Part shown: positions 20,658 to 31,158 of the stretch, one piece after another
How positions within the stretch are numbered: the first letter of the stretch is position 1
How the letters are laid out: the number at the start of each line of letters is the position of its first letter
From: Deltaproteobacteria bacterium
GTDB lineage: Bacteria > JAEEML01
Length of the DNA stretch: 49,416 nucleotides
NCBI GenBank assembly: GCA_016283195.1
Contig: JAEEML010000004.1
Location: forward strand, 1 to 49,416
Direction of reading: 5' to 3'
Program-made: the position numbers and the translations under genes
The notes under the pieces: generated by a model
The model's database searches: none
What the model saw: only the letters and a program-made list of their open reading frames with translations
Told to the model about the DNA's origin: nothing

Positions 20658-23018
20658 ATGTTGGATGAATTTGCCGAAATCACTACCCCGAAAGCAGAAG
20701 AAATACCGGAAAAACTCCCGCTGCTGGCCGTTAGAGATTTGGTGGTTTTTCCGCTTATGATTGTGCCGCTCCAGGTGACGCGGGCTTTTTCGGCCCGAGC
20801 TATCCGCGAGGCTATGGCCGGCAATCGCCTCATTATGGTGGTAGCGCAAAAGGAAGCTCAGGAAAATGAGCCGGCGGCCGAAGAGCTTTATCATACAGGC
20901 ACAATATGCGTAATTATGCGCCTTAAAGAGCAGGATGAAGCCAGCGCCCAGGTGCTTTTGCAAGGCCTTTTAAAAGCAAAAATAAATGATATCAGTGAGT
21001 TAAACGGCCATTATCAGGCGGCTGTCGAACTTTTGCCGGAGGAAGAAAGAGGCCCGGAAAATTTGCAGGAAGAGGCGCTTTTAAGGGCGATACATGAAAA
21101 TATGCACACCTTTGCGGCCCTTAAGCCCAAGCTGATTGGCGCCGATATTATGCCGGTGATAGATACTTTAAGCGATGCCGGTAAATTAGCCGATTTAGTA
21201 GCCGCCTATTTAGGGCTCAATGTGGCTCAGGCCGAGGAGCTTTTAAGAACTGCCGATTCTTGGAGGCGTCTATTAAAGGTTAATGAGCTCTTAAGCCGCG
21301 AAATAGCTGTGCTCTCTTTGCAAAACGAGATGCAACATCAGATAAATGCCGAGCTGAAGTCCAGTAGGCGCCAATATATTTTGGAGCAGGAGCTGGAGCG
21401 TATTAAAGAAGAACTCGGGCAAAAAGATTTGGATGCCGCCGGTGAGCTTAGGGAGCGCCTGAATAATATGGACCTCCCGGACGAAGTGCAACGGGATGCC
21501 GAAAAAGAGCTTAAATTACTTGCCAAGATGAATGCCGCCTCGGCGGAATATAGTGTAATATATAATTATATAAACACTTTGATTGATTATCCCTGGTTTA
21601 TTACCAGCTGCGATAATTTAGATATCCCCCATGCCAGGAAGGTTTTAAACAGCCGCCATGCCTATTTGGAAGCGGCCAAAGAGCGCATTTTGGAATATTT
21701 GGCCGTGCGCAGCTTAAAAGGGCAAAAAGCGGGAGCTATTCTTTGCTTTGTCGGCCCGCCGGGTGTGGGCAAGACCTCTTTAGGTTATGCCATAGGGGCA
21801 GCTCTCATGCGCAAAGTGGTGCGCATTGCTCTGGGTGGCGTTAGTGACGAAGCCGAAATAAGAGGCCATAGGCGCACCTATGTGGGAGCTATGCCCGGGC
21901 GCATTGTTGAAGCAATGATGCAGGCCGGCACCTCAAATCCCTTAATTATTCTCGATGAGATCGATAAACTGGCCATAGGTTCGGCCGGCAACCCGGCGGC
22001 CGCCCTTTTGGAAGTACTTGACAGCGAGCAGAATAAGGCTTTTCGCGACCACTATTTTAATGTGCCGGTGGATCTTAGTTCCGTAATTTTTGTGGCCACA
22101 GCCAATCAGCTGGATACCTTGCCGCCGGCCTTGCGCGATCGGTTGGAAATTGTGGAATTTTCCGGTTATAGCCTGCCGGAAAAGGTGGAAATAGCCCGGC
22201 GCTTTATTGTGCCGGAAGCTTTAAAAGAAAGCGGCCTTTCCCCCAAAGATTTGCTCTTTTCACCGGCCATTTTGCGCCTTATTATCAGCAATTATACCAA
22301 AGAGGCAGGTTGCCGCTCTTTGAAAAGAAAAATCAGTGCCATTTGCCGTAAACAAGCGCTTTTTCTGGCCGAAGAAAAGCATCCCATAAAGCGCCTTTCC
22401 GCAGCCGGACTCACCTCTCTTTTGGGGCCGGCTCCTTTTGCCGCCGATGAGCGGGAAATGCATAGCCAAATCGGCGTAATTAAAGCTCTCGCCTGGACGC
22501 CGGCCGGCGGTGAAATTCTCTATATCGAAGCAGCGGCTATGGCGGGCAAAAGCGGCCTTATTTTAACCGGCCAGCTTGGCAATATTATGAAAGAGAGCGC
22601 ACAAATTGCCCTTACTTTTGTGTGCAGCCACGCCGCTGAGCTCTCTATTGCCCCCGATTTTTTTGAAAAGCACGAGATTCATATTCATGTGCCGGCGGCA
22701 GCTATGCCCAAAGACGGCCCCAGTGCCGGTTTGGCTATGGCTATTTGCCTGGCCTCTTTGGCCGCCGGGCGCCCGGTGAGTGCGAATTTGGCGGTGACCG
22801 GTGAAATATCCCTGCGCGGTCGCATTTTGCCTGTCGGCGGCATAAAGGAAAAAATTCTGGCTGCCAGGCGCGCGCAAATAAAGAAAGTGCTCTATCCGGC
22901 GCCAAATAACAGCGATATTAAGAAGATATTTGCTTTTGAGCGCCGCCCGGCCGGGCTTTTTGCCGTAGATGATTTGCTTAAAGCTATAGGAATGGCTTTT
23001 GAAGATATAAGTGAATGA
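20658..23018 (+). CDS. lon: ATP-dependent protease La
   Basis: LPLLAVRDLVVFP N-domain, GPPGVGKTS, DEAEIRGHRRTY, LDEIDK, PKDGPSAG (catalytic Ser), GGIKEK (catalytic Lys). Confidence 0.96.
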   Translation: MLDEFAEITTPKAEEIPEKLPLLAVRDLVVFPLMIVPLQVTRAFSARAIREAMAGNRLIMVVAQKEAQENEPAAEELYHTGTICVIMRLKEQDEASAQVLLQGLLKAKINDISELNGHYQAAVELLPEEERGPENLQEEALLRAIHENMHTFAALKPKLIGADIMPVIDTLSDAGKLADLVAAYLGLNVAQAEELLRTADSWRRLLKVNELLSREIAVLSLQNEMQHQINAELKSSRRQYILEQELERIKEELGQKDLDAAGELRERLNNMDLPDEVQRDAEKELKLLAKMNAASAEYSVIYNYINTLIDYPWFITSCDNLDIPHARKVLNSRHAYLEAAKERILEYLAVRSLKGQKAGAILCFVGPPGVGKTSLGYAIGAALMRKVVRIALGGVSDEAEIRGHRRTYVGAMPGRIVEAMMQAGTSNPLIILDEIDKLAIGSAGNPAAALLEVLDSEQNKAFRDHYFNVPVDLSSVIFVATANQLDTLPPALRDRLEIVEFSGYSLPEKVEIARRFIVPEALKESGLSPKDLLFSPAILRLIISNYTKEAGCRSLKRKISAICRKQALFLAEEKHPIKRLSAAGLTSLLGPAPFAADEREMHSQIGVIKALAWTPAGGEILYIEAAAMAGKSGLILTGQLGNIMKESAQIALTFVCSHAAELSIAPDFFEKHEIHIHVPAAAMPKDGPSAGLAMAICLASLAAGRPVSANLAVTGEISLRGRILPVGGIKEKILAARRAQIKKVLYPAPNNSDIKKIFAFERRPAGLFAVDDLLKAIGMAFEDISE

Positions 23019-23020
23019 AA

Positions 23021-24184
23021 TTACCAGCAAATCTTGCCAGCGGGGAAGTCGGCCGGCAAGGTGTATTTGGCTTTGTTTATAATGACACCTTCAGCTGGGT
23101 CTATACAATCTGCAGATGCACTTAAAGGTGTACAATCTTCCTTGGTATTGCATTTTTTGAAACGCATACAATAGCCATTGAGATCATCATTATTATTGGT
23201 TGCGCCATCTTTATGGAAATAGCCACAGGCCCTTATAGTGCCTTCAGGAATATCTTGGCAGTTTATATCTGTTGAACCGGGAGCGCAGAGGCAAGTGGCA
23301 TTTTCTTCGCATAACACTCGGCACGTACCGTGCACGCGATCAAGGCTGTCATAACCGGCGTAATATTGCCCGGCATCAGTGTCTTCTATAGCGCCATCGA
23401 AGAATATGTCATCGAGAAGACATATAGCGTCGGTATTTTGGTCATCGCTACAGGCAATAAGATTGCCATCACAGTAGCTGCCTTCAGTACGCGGTTTGGC
23501 AACAGCGCACATTCCGATACCGTCCACACCGGCTACAGGGACGCAACTCATGGTTTCTTTGTTTATTCCCCAAAAAGCGAAATCAAACATTGATGCGGTT
23601 TGGGTATCGGTACTGAGATCGGTTGGAGCAGGGCAAGTATTCTCTTGAGCGCTGGTATTACATACTGGAATACAAAAACCCATCATCTTGAGTGGATCAT
23701 CTGCGCCGGCATCGTTAAAGAAGTATTTGGCATACCAAACGGAACCTTTGTCTAGGCGGTTATCGTACCCTTCGGTACAAATGGCACCTTCTCCGCATTG
23801 CATAGGCAAGCCATCGGCTACACAAAAGGCGTAATTGGGTATTGGATCCACACAAACGCCGGCGAATTCATAGGTTTTTGTCTCTTTAGCCTTGCCGCAG
23901 AGCATACCATCCGGACAGTCGGCAGATACTGTACAATTTTGCATACATAATGCAATTCCGTAGGCTTCAATTTCGGTGCATGTCAAACCATCTTTGCAAG
24001 GATTTTTCATGCTGGGGGTACACTCGGCGCCAAACTCGAGTTTAGTGGTTGTTGTTTGATCGGGCGGCACATAGCCCGGATCCTTCTGTGTTGGCTGTTT
24101 GTTGTTCTCGTTAGGTTTGTCACCACACGCGGCGCTACCCAGTAACAACGCTGCTCCTAGTGCTAAATAAACTAGCTTTTTCAT
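23021..24184 (-). CDS. Cysteine-rich lipoprotein
   Basis: GGAGGA RBS; lipobox SAAC; Pro/Thr/Gln linker followed by dense Cys modules. Confidence 0.8.
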   Translation of the reverse strand: MKKLVYLALGAALLLGSAACGDKPNENNKQPTQKDPGYVPPDQTTTTKLEFGAECTPSMKNPCKDGLTCTEIEAYGIALCMQNCTVSADCPDGMLCGKAKETKTYEFAGVCVDPIPNYAFCVADGLPMQCGEGAICTEGYDNRLDKGSVWYAKYFFNDAGADDPLKMMGFCIPVCNTSAQENTCPAPTDLSTDTQTASMFDFAFWGINKETMSCVPVAGVDGIGMCAVAKPRTEGSYCDGNLIACSDDQNTDAICLLDDIFFDGAIEDTDAGQYYAGYDSLDRVHGTCRVLCEENATCLCAPGSTDINCQDIPEGTIRACGYFHKDGATNNNDDLNGYCMRFKKCNTKEDCTPLSASADCIDPAEGVIINKAKYTLPADFPAGKICW

Positions 24185-24366
24185 TGTATCCTCCTACAAA
24201 TACATCCCACTTAAGGGGTAACGGGCGACATGCCCGCACTAGATCTTTAATTTAATGACATATTGCGGTTGTATGCAATAAAAATATTTGTTGCTATTGC
24301 AAAATTTTATAGAAATTCCGTTTTTTTTATTATATAGTGCAACTTTGTTTTTTTGACGGAGCCGTT

Positions 24367-25482
24367 ATGCCCAAATTAACACCTCTTATTCATTGGCTCA
24401 CCCCAACGCGACTTGTTTTAACGATTTTAGCTGTGATTTTTCTTGGGGCTTTATATTATTTGCGTTTTACACTTCTCCCTTTTTGGCTGGCTCTCTTTGC
24501 TGCTTATGCGCTCTCACCGCTTATAGATAAATGGCAAAAAAAGGTAGGCCGCGGCGGCGCTATAGCTATTTTAATGGGCATGGTACTCATTTTCTGTACT
24601 TTGCTTTTGCTTTACCTCATCCCGGCTATCAGCGGTGAAATAGCTCTGCTCCGCACCCGCATGCCGACTTATTTTGCCGCTCTTAAACAATTTAATCAGG
24701 GCACCATTAATACTTGGTTTGAAAACACTTTGCACATGAGCACGCCTTTTTCTTTCAGCGCTATTGAAAGTATGCTGGAAGGGCAGATGGAAGCTGTGCT
24801 GGCCAAAGTGGCAGCTCTAGTCAACGGCGGCCTGCGCTCGGCTATCGCCGGCACTGTGGGCGCGGTGCAGCTTTTGCTCGATGTATTTCTCTTTTTCTTC
24901 TTTTTAACGGCGCTTCTGGCCGACTTTCCCAAAGTAAAACGCCTGGTTATGGAGTGTGTCCCACCGCGCTACCGGGAGAAAACAGCCGCCTGGGGCGGTA
25001 TGGCCAATGAGACGCTTTCGCACTTCTTTCGCGGGCAATTTACCGTGGCTTTTATTTTAGCCGCTTGTTACAGCCTGGGGCTTTCGCTTTTAGGTGTAGA
25101 TATGGCTATCTTTTTGGGGCTTATGTCCGGTCTCCTCTTTTTAGTGCCGTATGTGGGGCTGGCTATTGCTGTATCCTCTTCTCTGGCTCTCGCGTTTTTA
25201 AATTTTTCCGGCTTTGGGCAAATACTCGGCATTGTCCTGCTTTATGCCATTATGCCGCTTATTGAGACGCTTGTTTTAACCCCGCGCATTACCGGCTCCA
25301 AGCTGGTTCTTTCACCGGCTATGGTGATTTTATCTATTCTCATTTTTAGCGGTCTTTTTGGTTTTATCGGCCTTATTTTTGCTCTCCCCGCTGCCGCACT
25401 TCTCAAAATTGTGGTGCAGGAACTCTTTGTTAAATACAAAAATTCCGGCTATTATCTCGGAGAAGAGCAATCTGCCTCCTAA
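24367..25482 (+). CDS. AI-2E family (PerM/TqsA-like) transporter
   Basis: AYALSPL, FFRGQF, PYVG, LTPRITG..L.LSP, LFGFIG.IFALP motifs; start taken at the ATG after GGAG. Confidence 0.88.
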   Translation: MPKLTPLIHWLTPTRLVLTILAVIFLGALYYLRFTLLPFWLALFAAYALSPLIDKWQKKVGRGGAIAILMGMVLIFCTLLLLYLIPAISGEIALLRTRMPTYFAALKQFNQGTINTWFENTLHMSTPFSFSAIESMLEGQMEAVLAKVAALVNGGLRSAIAGTVGAVQLLLDVFLFFFFLTALLADFPKVKRLVMECVPPRYREKTAAWGGMANETLSHFFRGQFTVAFILAACYSLGLSLLGVDMAIFLGLMSGLLFLVPYVGLAIAVSSSLALAFLNFSGFGQILGIVLLYAIMPLIETLVLTPRITGSKLVLSPAMVILSILIFSGLFGFIGLIFALPAAALLKIVVQELFVKYKNSGYYLGEEQSAS

Positions 25483-25499
25483 AACCTACGAGGTAAAAA

Positions 25500-26621
25500 A
25501 TGCACATCCTATTTTTAAATCTGGAATTTCCCCCCATCGGACAGGGGGCTGCGGCTCGTCATTATGCCTTTATTAAGGCGCTGGCCAAAGAATACGGGGT
25601 GACGGGCACTCTTATAACTTCAAGCTACGATCGGCAGGATCATATTGAAGAGGCGGCGCCCGGGGTTAAAATGATTCGCCTTAATGTGGGAAAGAAAAAG
25701 CCCTATTTTTGGACAGCCGACGAGGTGGCTCGCTATCTTGTGCGCGCTCCTCTCGCCATCAAAGAGGCGCTCCGCCGGGAACATTTTGATATTTGCCACA
25801 GCTTTTTTGGCTTTCCCTGCGGCCTTTTGGCCTGGCGTATTCGTAAAGAATTGCCCTATATAATCTTTTTAACCGGAGTGGATGTGCCGGGGGAGGGAAC
25901 GCGCCTCTCCAAATTGCAGCCCTTTTTGCTGCCGGTTTACAAAAGAGTTTGGGGAAAAGCCGGGGCTCTGGTGGCTAATAGCGCCGATTTAAAGGAGCGG
26001 GCGCTTAAAGCCTTTCCCGATATGGATATTAAAGTTATTCATAACGGCGTGGATACCGCCATCTTTTCGCCGGCCGAGAAAATAGCCGCCGGCCAGAAGC
26101 TCCTCACAGTGGCCCGGTTGCAAAAGCATAAAAATATCCACCTGATTATTGAGGCTTTAGCCGGGCTTAAAAGTAAATATCCGGAAATCTCCTTTAAAGT
26201 AGTGGGCGACGGCCCGGAGAGCGCTAATCTTAAAGAGTTGATTTCTAAAAATAATCTGGAATCTTCAGTGGAACTTCTCGGCTATAAACAGCGCAGCGAA
26301 ATGCCGGATATATATAGAGCGGCTAATTGTTTTTTACTGCCTTCAGCCTGGGAAGGTATGTCTAACGGCCTCCTGGAAGCTATGGCCAGCGGGCTCCCGG
26401 TGATAGTGAGCGATGTAGGCGGAGCACGGCAACTGGTAAAAGGTAACGGAGTTATTTTGCCGGAAATTAGCGCTGCGGCAATTGGGGATGCTCTTTGTGC
26501 GGTGTATGAGCACAAAGAAAAACCGGCAGAAATGGGGCAAAAGAGCCGGCAGATTGCCGAGACGCTGAGCAGTAAAAAGGCGGCAGAGAAAGTATATGAG
26601 CTTTCAGAGAAGGTCATATGA
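25500..26621 (+). CDS. Glycosyltransferase family 4 (GT-B)
   Basis: EFPP.G.G, VIHNGVD, VARL..HKN, LPS.WEG....LEAMASGLPV. Confidence 0.92.
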   Translation: MHILFLNLEFPPIGQGAAARHYAFIKALAKEYGVTGTLITSSYDRQDHIEEAAPGVKMIRLNVGKKKPYFWTADEVARYLVRAPLAIKEALRREHFDICHSFFGFPCGLLAWRIRKELPYIIFLTGVDVPGEGTRLSKLQPFLLPVYKRVWGKAGALVANSADLKERALKAFPDMDIKVIHNGVDTAIFSPAEKIAAGQKLLTVARLQKHKNIHLIIEALAGLKSKYPEISFKVVGDGPESANLKELISKNNLESSVELLGYKQRSEMPDIYRAANCFLLPSAWEGMSNGLLEAMASGLPVIVSDVGGARQLVKGNGVILPEISAAAIGDALCAVYEHKEKPAEMGQKSRQIAETLSSKKAAEKVYELSEKVI

Positions 26622-27385
26622 AATATTTTATGGGGATTGATATAGGTAGCAGCGCTGCCAAAGGAGTGCTAATAGATGAAACAGGGGCTATAGTAAGCCG
26701 CGCGCTTCTGCCGAGCGGCCTTAATTTTAAGGAAAGTGCCGAGCGCCTAAAAGCCGAGCTCATAGCCGGCTACCCGCCGGCAAAAGAGAGCCAAATATTT
26801 ATTTGCGCTACCGGGTATGGCCGTGCCCAGGCTGCCGCGCAAATGACCAAAACCGAAATTGCCTGCCATGCGCGGGCGGCCTGGGCTGAATTTCCGGCCG
26901 GCGGCACCGTGGTGGATATCGGCGGCCAGGATGCCAAGATAATCTCCTTGGGGCAAGACGGCAAAGTGCTTGATTTTAAAATGAATCGCTCCTGTGCCGC
27001 CGGCACTGGCTCATTTTTGGAAGAGCTTTCGCGCCGGGCCGGGCTGGATCTCGCCGCGCTGCCCCGCCTGGCCAGGGAGAGCCAAAATGATTTGCATTTA
27101 AACTCTTTTTGCACGGTATTTGCCGCATCGGAGCTCATCTCCCTGGCCAGGGAGGGGGCAAAAGTTCCCGATTTGGTAAAAGCCGCTTATAAAGCCGTGG
27201 TGGAGAGAGTGCGGGAACTTGCCCCCTTAAGGGCCCCGCTAATCTTTTCCGGCGGCGTCATCTTTTATCATCCTATGATAGGTGAGCTCTTAGCCGCCGG
27301 AAAAGATTACACTATTCTAAAAGATGCCCAATTTTGCGGGGCCCTCGGGGCAGCGCTCTTTGCACGCAGCGGGCAAAACCTATGA
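26618..27385 (+). CDS. Acyl-CoA dehydratase activase (HgdC/FldI-type ASKHA ATPase with 4Fe-4S)
   Basis: GIDIGS, ATGYGR, TEIACH, DIGGQDAK, MN.SCAAGTGSFLE, CTVFA. Confidence 0.92.
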   Translation: MKYFMGIDIGSSAAKGVLIDETGAIVSRALLPSGLNFKESAERLKAELIAGYPPAKESQIFICATGYGRAQAAAQMTKTEIACHARAAWAEFPAGGTVVDIGGQDAKIISLGQDGKVLDFKMNRSCAAGTGSFLEELSRRAGLDLAALPRLARESQNDLHLNSFCTVFAASELISLAREGAKVPDLVKAAYKAVVERVRELAPLRAPLIFSGGVIFYHPMIGELLAAGKDYTILKDAQFCGALGAALFARSGQNL

Positions 27386-27822
27386 CTATTTTTGCCGCTA
27401 AGAAGTGGCTCATTTTGTTAGGTGTAGGCGCTATCGACTTTGTTCTGGCTATAGTGCTTATGTTTTGCCTAAATGATTATAGCGGCTTATTACTATTTGT
27501 TTTTATTGTGGAAATTGTGGTGGCACTCGTCTTTGGCATTATTTTGCTGAACCGCTACGCTAAAGATTTTGTAGCCTATTATTTTGCGATAAAAAAAGGC
27601 GAAAATGTCACTTTTGCTGCGAGCGTAAAGGCACTTCTTTTTCTTTTGGGCTATTTTTTGGCTATGCCCGGCCCGCTCTCTTTTCTTTTGGGGCTGATTC
27701 TGCTGCTACCGCCTACGCGGGCCCAAATTGCCCGTTTTTTAACCGCACGTTACACCAGGGCCGAAGCGGTGATTATTGATGTCGCTTTAGGCGGTGATAG
27801 TGAGGAAGGAGAGCTCAAATGA
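27382..27822 (+). CDS. Small membrane protein, FxsA-like
   Basis: ATGA overlap with the activase stop; hydrophobic helices; PG.LS..LGL.LLLPPTR and C-terminal VIID motifs resemble FxsA. Confidence 0.6.
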   Translation: MTIFAAKKWLILLGVGAIDFVLAIVLMFCLNDYSGLLLFVFIVEIVVALVFGIILLNRYAKDFVAYYFAIKKGENVTFAASVKALLFLLGYFLAMPGPLSFLLGLILLLPPTRAQIARFLTARYTRAEAVIIDVALGGDSEEGELK

Positions 27823-29682
27823 GGCTCCTTTGCCGGCAATATCCAAGTAGCGGATGCTGCCCTGATTATCGCCGATAAGTTGCAAAGTGATGGAGAGCCC
27901 CAGGCCGGTGCCGCCCTTTTTGGTGGAGAAGAAGGGGTCAAAAATAGCGGCCCGCTCTTTTTCCGGCACACCGGAGCCTGTATCAGAAATAGTAATAAAT
28001 ACGCGATCTTCTTTGGAAATTGTTGCAATACTTATCAGCCCGCCGCCCGGCATGGCCTCCTTGCTGTTGCGCAAAATATTCAAAAGTGCCTGGCGGATTT
28101 GCCCGGGATCCACTTGGATAAAAGGCTTTTCGGCCAAAAGCTTTTGCTCCACGGTAATGTGGCTGTTTTGCAGCTCGGCACTATAAAATGAAATGGTTTC
28201 TTTAATAATTTCATGTATATCTGCTTTGACTTTTTCGGGCATGGGCAGGCGGGCCAAATCGAGATAACGCTCGGTGATTTCGGTGAGCAGGGTAACCTCT
28301 TTTTGGATGGAAGCCAGTAAGGCAGCGGCTTCTTCTTTATCGCCGTTTTCGCCGATTTCATCATTTAGAAGGTCGCTGTTTAAGGCAATGGAACTTAAAG
28401 GATTTCTTATTTCGTGCGCCACTTGCGCCGCCAGACGCCCCACCGTTGCCAGCCTTTCGTTTTCCAGCAAGCGCCGGCGCATGGTGTTGGTGGCCGAGAC
28501 ATCATCAATTAGCAAAATAGTTCCGTATAATTGCCCGGTTTCGGTGGTATAAGGAGAGATGACGATATTTAAAAAGCGTTTCGGAGCCTCCGGAAAGTTC
28601 AGAATCAGATTATCAACTTTTTGTAAATTCCGCGTTTTTATTACTGTTTTAAGCGCTAATTCCAATTCGCTGCGCCGGTCTAAATTGTGCCACCAGGGGA
28701 GTGATTTCAGCGGCTTTTCCTTTTCTTTATCGCCCAAAAGCAGAAGCTCCCTAGCTGTTTGATTGGCGGAGAGCAAAACACCTTCTTTATCTACCATGAC
28801 CATGCCCAAGCGAATATTATTAGCCAGAGTTTCATGGTAAAGGCGCAAAAGAGCCAGTTCATGGCGCAGGCGCTGACTTTGCTCTTCGGCTGCCGAAAGG
28901 CGGTTTTTTAGGCCCTCGGCTTTTTCCGCTTCCGCTTGCTCTTTGTTTTGAAATTCTGCTAATTTATTGAAATTATACTTGTATTTTTTACTTAACCGCC
29001 AAAGGGGCAAAAGAATTAACAAAAAGAAAATATTGGTGCCGATGATGATAAAAAGGCGCTTTTTGCCATCTTGAGGAGTGAGTGCGGCCTCCGTAAACTG
29101 GGTATAGCGATTTTGCAAAAGCAAAAATCTGGCCGAAAGCTGGCGGATGCGCAAATGGGCGCGCATGGCCACTTTGTTATTTTCGCTGATGAGAGAGGGA
29201 AAATTATTTAAATCCTGCTCATTTGAGGAGATGATGCGCAGTATTTCTCCCAGGTTGGAGATATATTCATCAATGTGGTGAATTATTTGTTCATATTGCT
29301 CTTCAAGCTGATTTTGTCCGCGCGGAAAATATAGAACATCTCCTTGATAACTAGCTAATTTTTCTCGTACTTTTCCCCAGCGCTCCCCGATAGTATTGCT
29401 GGAATTGGCTAGGCGATTACTGAGTTCTCCCAGCTGCACAATGGCGGTATCTGTGTTGGTGTCGAAAAGTTGCAATTGGGCATTGATGTGGGTGCTGAAA
29501 ATTAAATTATCCAGGTCATCTAATATTCTGCCGGCTTCAATGCTCTCTTCGAGGAGGGTAAGTCGGCGCGTTTCTTCAGCTCTTTCAAGTGGGGGTAATT
29601 CCGTAAGCAAGAGATTGGCTATAAGCCAGGCGATGAGCCAGGGAATAAAGAGAAGCAGTACAAATTGCTGGTGTTTCATCAT
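27787..29682 (-). CDS. Membrane-bound PAS-domain sensor histidine kinase (NtrB-like)
   Basis: Two TM segments; PAS-like region; H-box VAHEIRNPL, N-box QALLNILRNS, DTGSG, FDPFFSTK, GTGLGL. Confidence 0.93.
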   Translation of the reverse strand: MMKHQQFVLLLFIPWLIAWLIANLLLTELPPLERAEETRRLTLLEESIEAGRILDDLDNLIFSTHINAQLQLFDTNTDTAIVQLGELSNRLANSSNTIGERWGKVREKLASYQGDVLYFPRGQNQLEEQYEQIIHHIDEYISNLGEILRIISSNEQDLNNFPSLISENNKVAMRAHLRIRQLSARFLLLQNRYTQFTEAALTPQDGKKRLFIIIGTNIFFLLILLPLWRLSKKYKYNFNKLAEFQNKEQAEAEKAEGLKNRLSAAEEQSQRLRHELALLRLYHETLANNIRLGMVMVDKEGVLLSANQTARELLLLGDKEKEKPLKSLPWWHNLDRRSELELALKTVIKTRNLQKVDNLILNFPEAPKRFLNIVISPYTTETGQLYGTILLIDDVSATNTMRRRLLENERLATVGRLAAQVAHEIRNPLSSIALNSDLLNDEIGENGDKEEAAALLASIQKEVTLLTEITERYLDLARLPMPEKVKADIHEIIKETISFYSAELQNSHITVEQKLLAEKPFIQVDPGQIRQALLNILRNSKEAMPGGGLISIATISKEDRVFITISDTGSGVPEKERAAIFDPFFSTKKGGTGLGLSITLQLIGDNQGSIRYLDIAGKGASFELSFLTITA

Positions 29683-29830
29683 ATTAGCCCTTTTTCGGCT
29701 GTTTTGAGCCAGAAGGCAAATATATGAAACAAATTCTTGGACTATTTTGTCAAGATCTCACACATAAACTGGACAAAGCAGAATTTTATTGTAGAGTGGG
29801 AAATGTGTTTTTTATTTAAGGGAGGACACG

Positions 29831-31063
29831 ATGTACGGATCACGGGTTCTGGCAATGGTTCTAGCAGGCGGTACAGGTACCAGGCTTATGCCTTTAACTA
29901 AGGATAGAGCTAAACCGGCTGTGCCCTTTGGCGGGCGCTATCGCCTCATTGATTTTGTACTCTCAAACCTGGTAAATAGCGGATTTTTCAAAATAAAAAT
30001 CTTAACGCAATACAAGGCCGATTCCCTTATTACCCATATTAGCCGCGGCTGGCACCTCTCCACGCTCATCGGTGATTATATTGAAGTTTTGCCGGCGCAG
30101 CAGCGCACCGGTCTCAATTGGTATCAGGGCAGCGCCGATTCCCTCTACCAGAATTTAAATATTGTAACCGATGAAAACCCCGATTATGTGCTCATTTTCG
30201 GTGCCGACCATATTTACAAAATGGATGTGCGCTCCATGCTCGATTTTCACCGCCGCATGGCCGCCAACCTGACTGTGGCTGCTATCCCTGTGCCTACCAG
30301 CGAAGCCAGCGCTTTTGGTTGTATTCAGGTTGATGCCAACTGGCGGATGCTCGATTTTCAGGAAAAGCCGGAAAATCCGCCGGAAATTCCCGGCCGCCCC
30401 GGTTGGACGCTTGTCTCTATGGGAAATTACATCTTTACTACCCCGGCTTTGGTCAGAGCCATTGAGGCCGATGCCGCTCAAGAAGACAGTGCTCACGATT
30501 TCGGCAAATCCATCATCCCCAATATGTTCCGGGAGCAGCCGGTATATGTCTATGATTTTACACAAAATACTCAGCCAGGCATGGGCGAGACGGAGCGCGG
30601 TTACTGGCGCGATGTAGGGAGCCTGGAGTCCTATATGCAAGCCAATATGGATCTTATTGAAGTTTCGCCTATCTTCAATCTTTACAACCAAAGCTGGCCT
30701 ATTCACACCTTCTACCGTCCTCTGCCGCCGGCCAAATTTGTCCACGACAATACCAAAGAAGGGCGCGTCGGTATGGCTACACAGTCGCTGGTCAGCGAGG
30801 GGTGCATTATTTCCGGCGGCAGTATTCACCGCTCGGTGCTCTCGCCTTGCGTGCGCATTAATTCTTATTCCGAAGTTAGAGAATCTATTCTCTTTGAAGG
30901 CGTAAATGTAGGCCGCCATGCGAAATTAAATCGCGTCATTGTGGAAAAGAATGTGCACATTCCGCCCAATACCGAAATCGGCTTTAATAGAGATGAAGAT
31001 GCCCGCCGCTTCCATGTGAGCGACAGCGGCATTGTGGTGGTCACAAGAGACGCCCATTTTTAA
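29831..31063 (+). CDS. glgC: Glucose-1-phosphate adenylyltransferase
   Basis: [63 protein letters not shown]. Confidence 0.96.
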   Translation: MYGSRVLAMVLAGGTGTRLMPLTKDRAKPAVPFGGRYRLIDFVLSNLVNSGFFKIKILTQYKADSLITHISRGWHLSTLIGDYIEVLPAQQRTGLNWYQGSADSLYQNLNIVTDENPDYVLIFGADHIYKMDVRSMLDFHRRMAANLTVAAIPVPTSEASAFGCIQVDANWRMLDFQEKPENPPEIPGRPGWTLVSMGNYIFTTPALVRAIEADAAQEDSAHDFGKSIIPNMFREQPVYVYDFTQNTQPGMGETERGYWRDVGSLESYMQANMDLIEVSPIFNLYNQSWPIHTFYRPLPPAKFVHDNTKEGRVGMATQSLVSEGCIISGGSIHRSVLSPCVRINSYSEVRESILFEGVNVGRHAKLNRVIVEKNVHIPPNTEIGFNRDEDARRFHVSDSGIVVVTRDAHF

Positions 31064-31158
31064 GATTTAGGTACATTTTTCAGCTATTCTTAGTTTTATG
31101 ACTTCCAAGACATCTTAATTTGTAGTATAAAAAGAGCGACTTTTGCCGTGAGGGTAAT

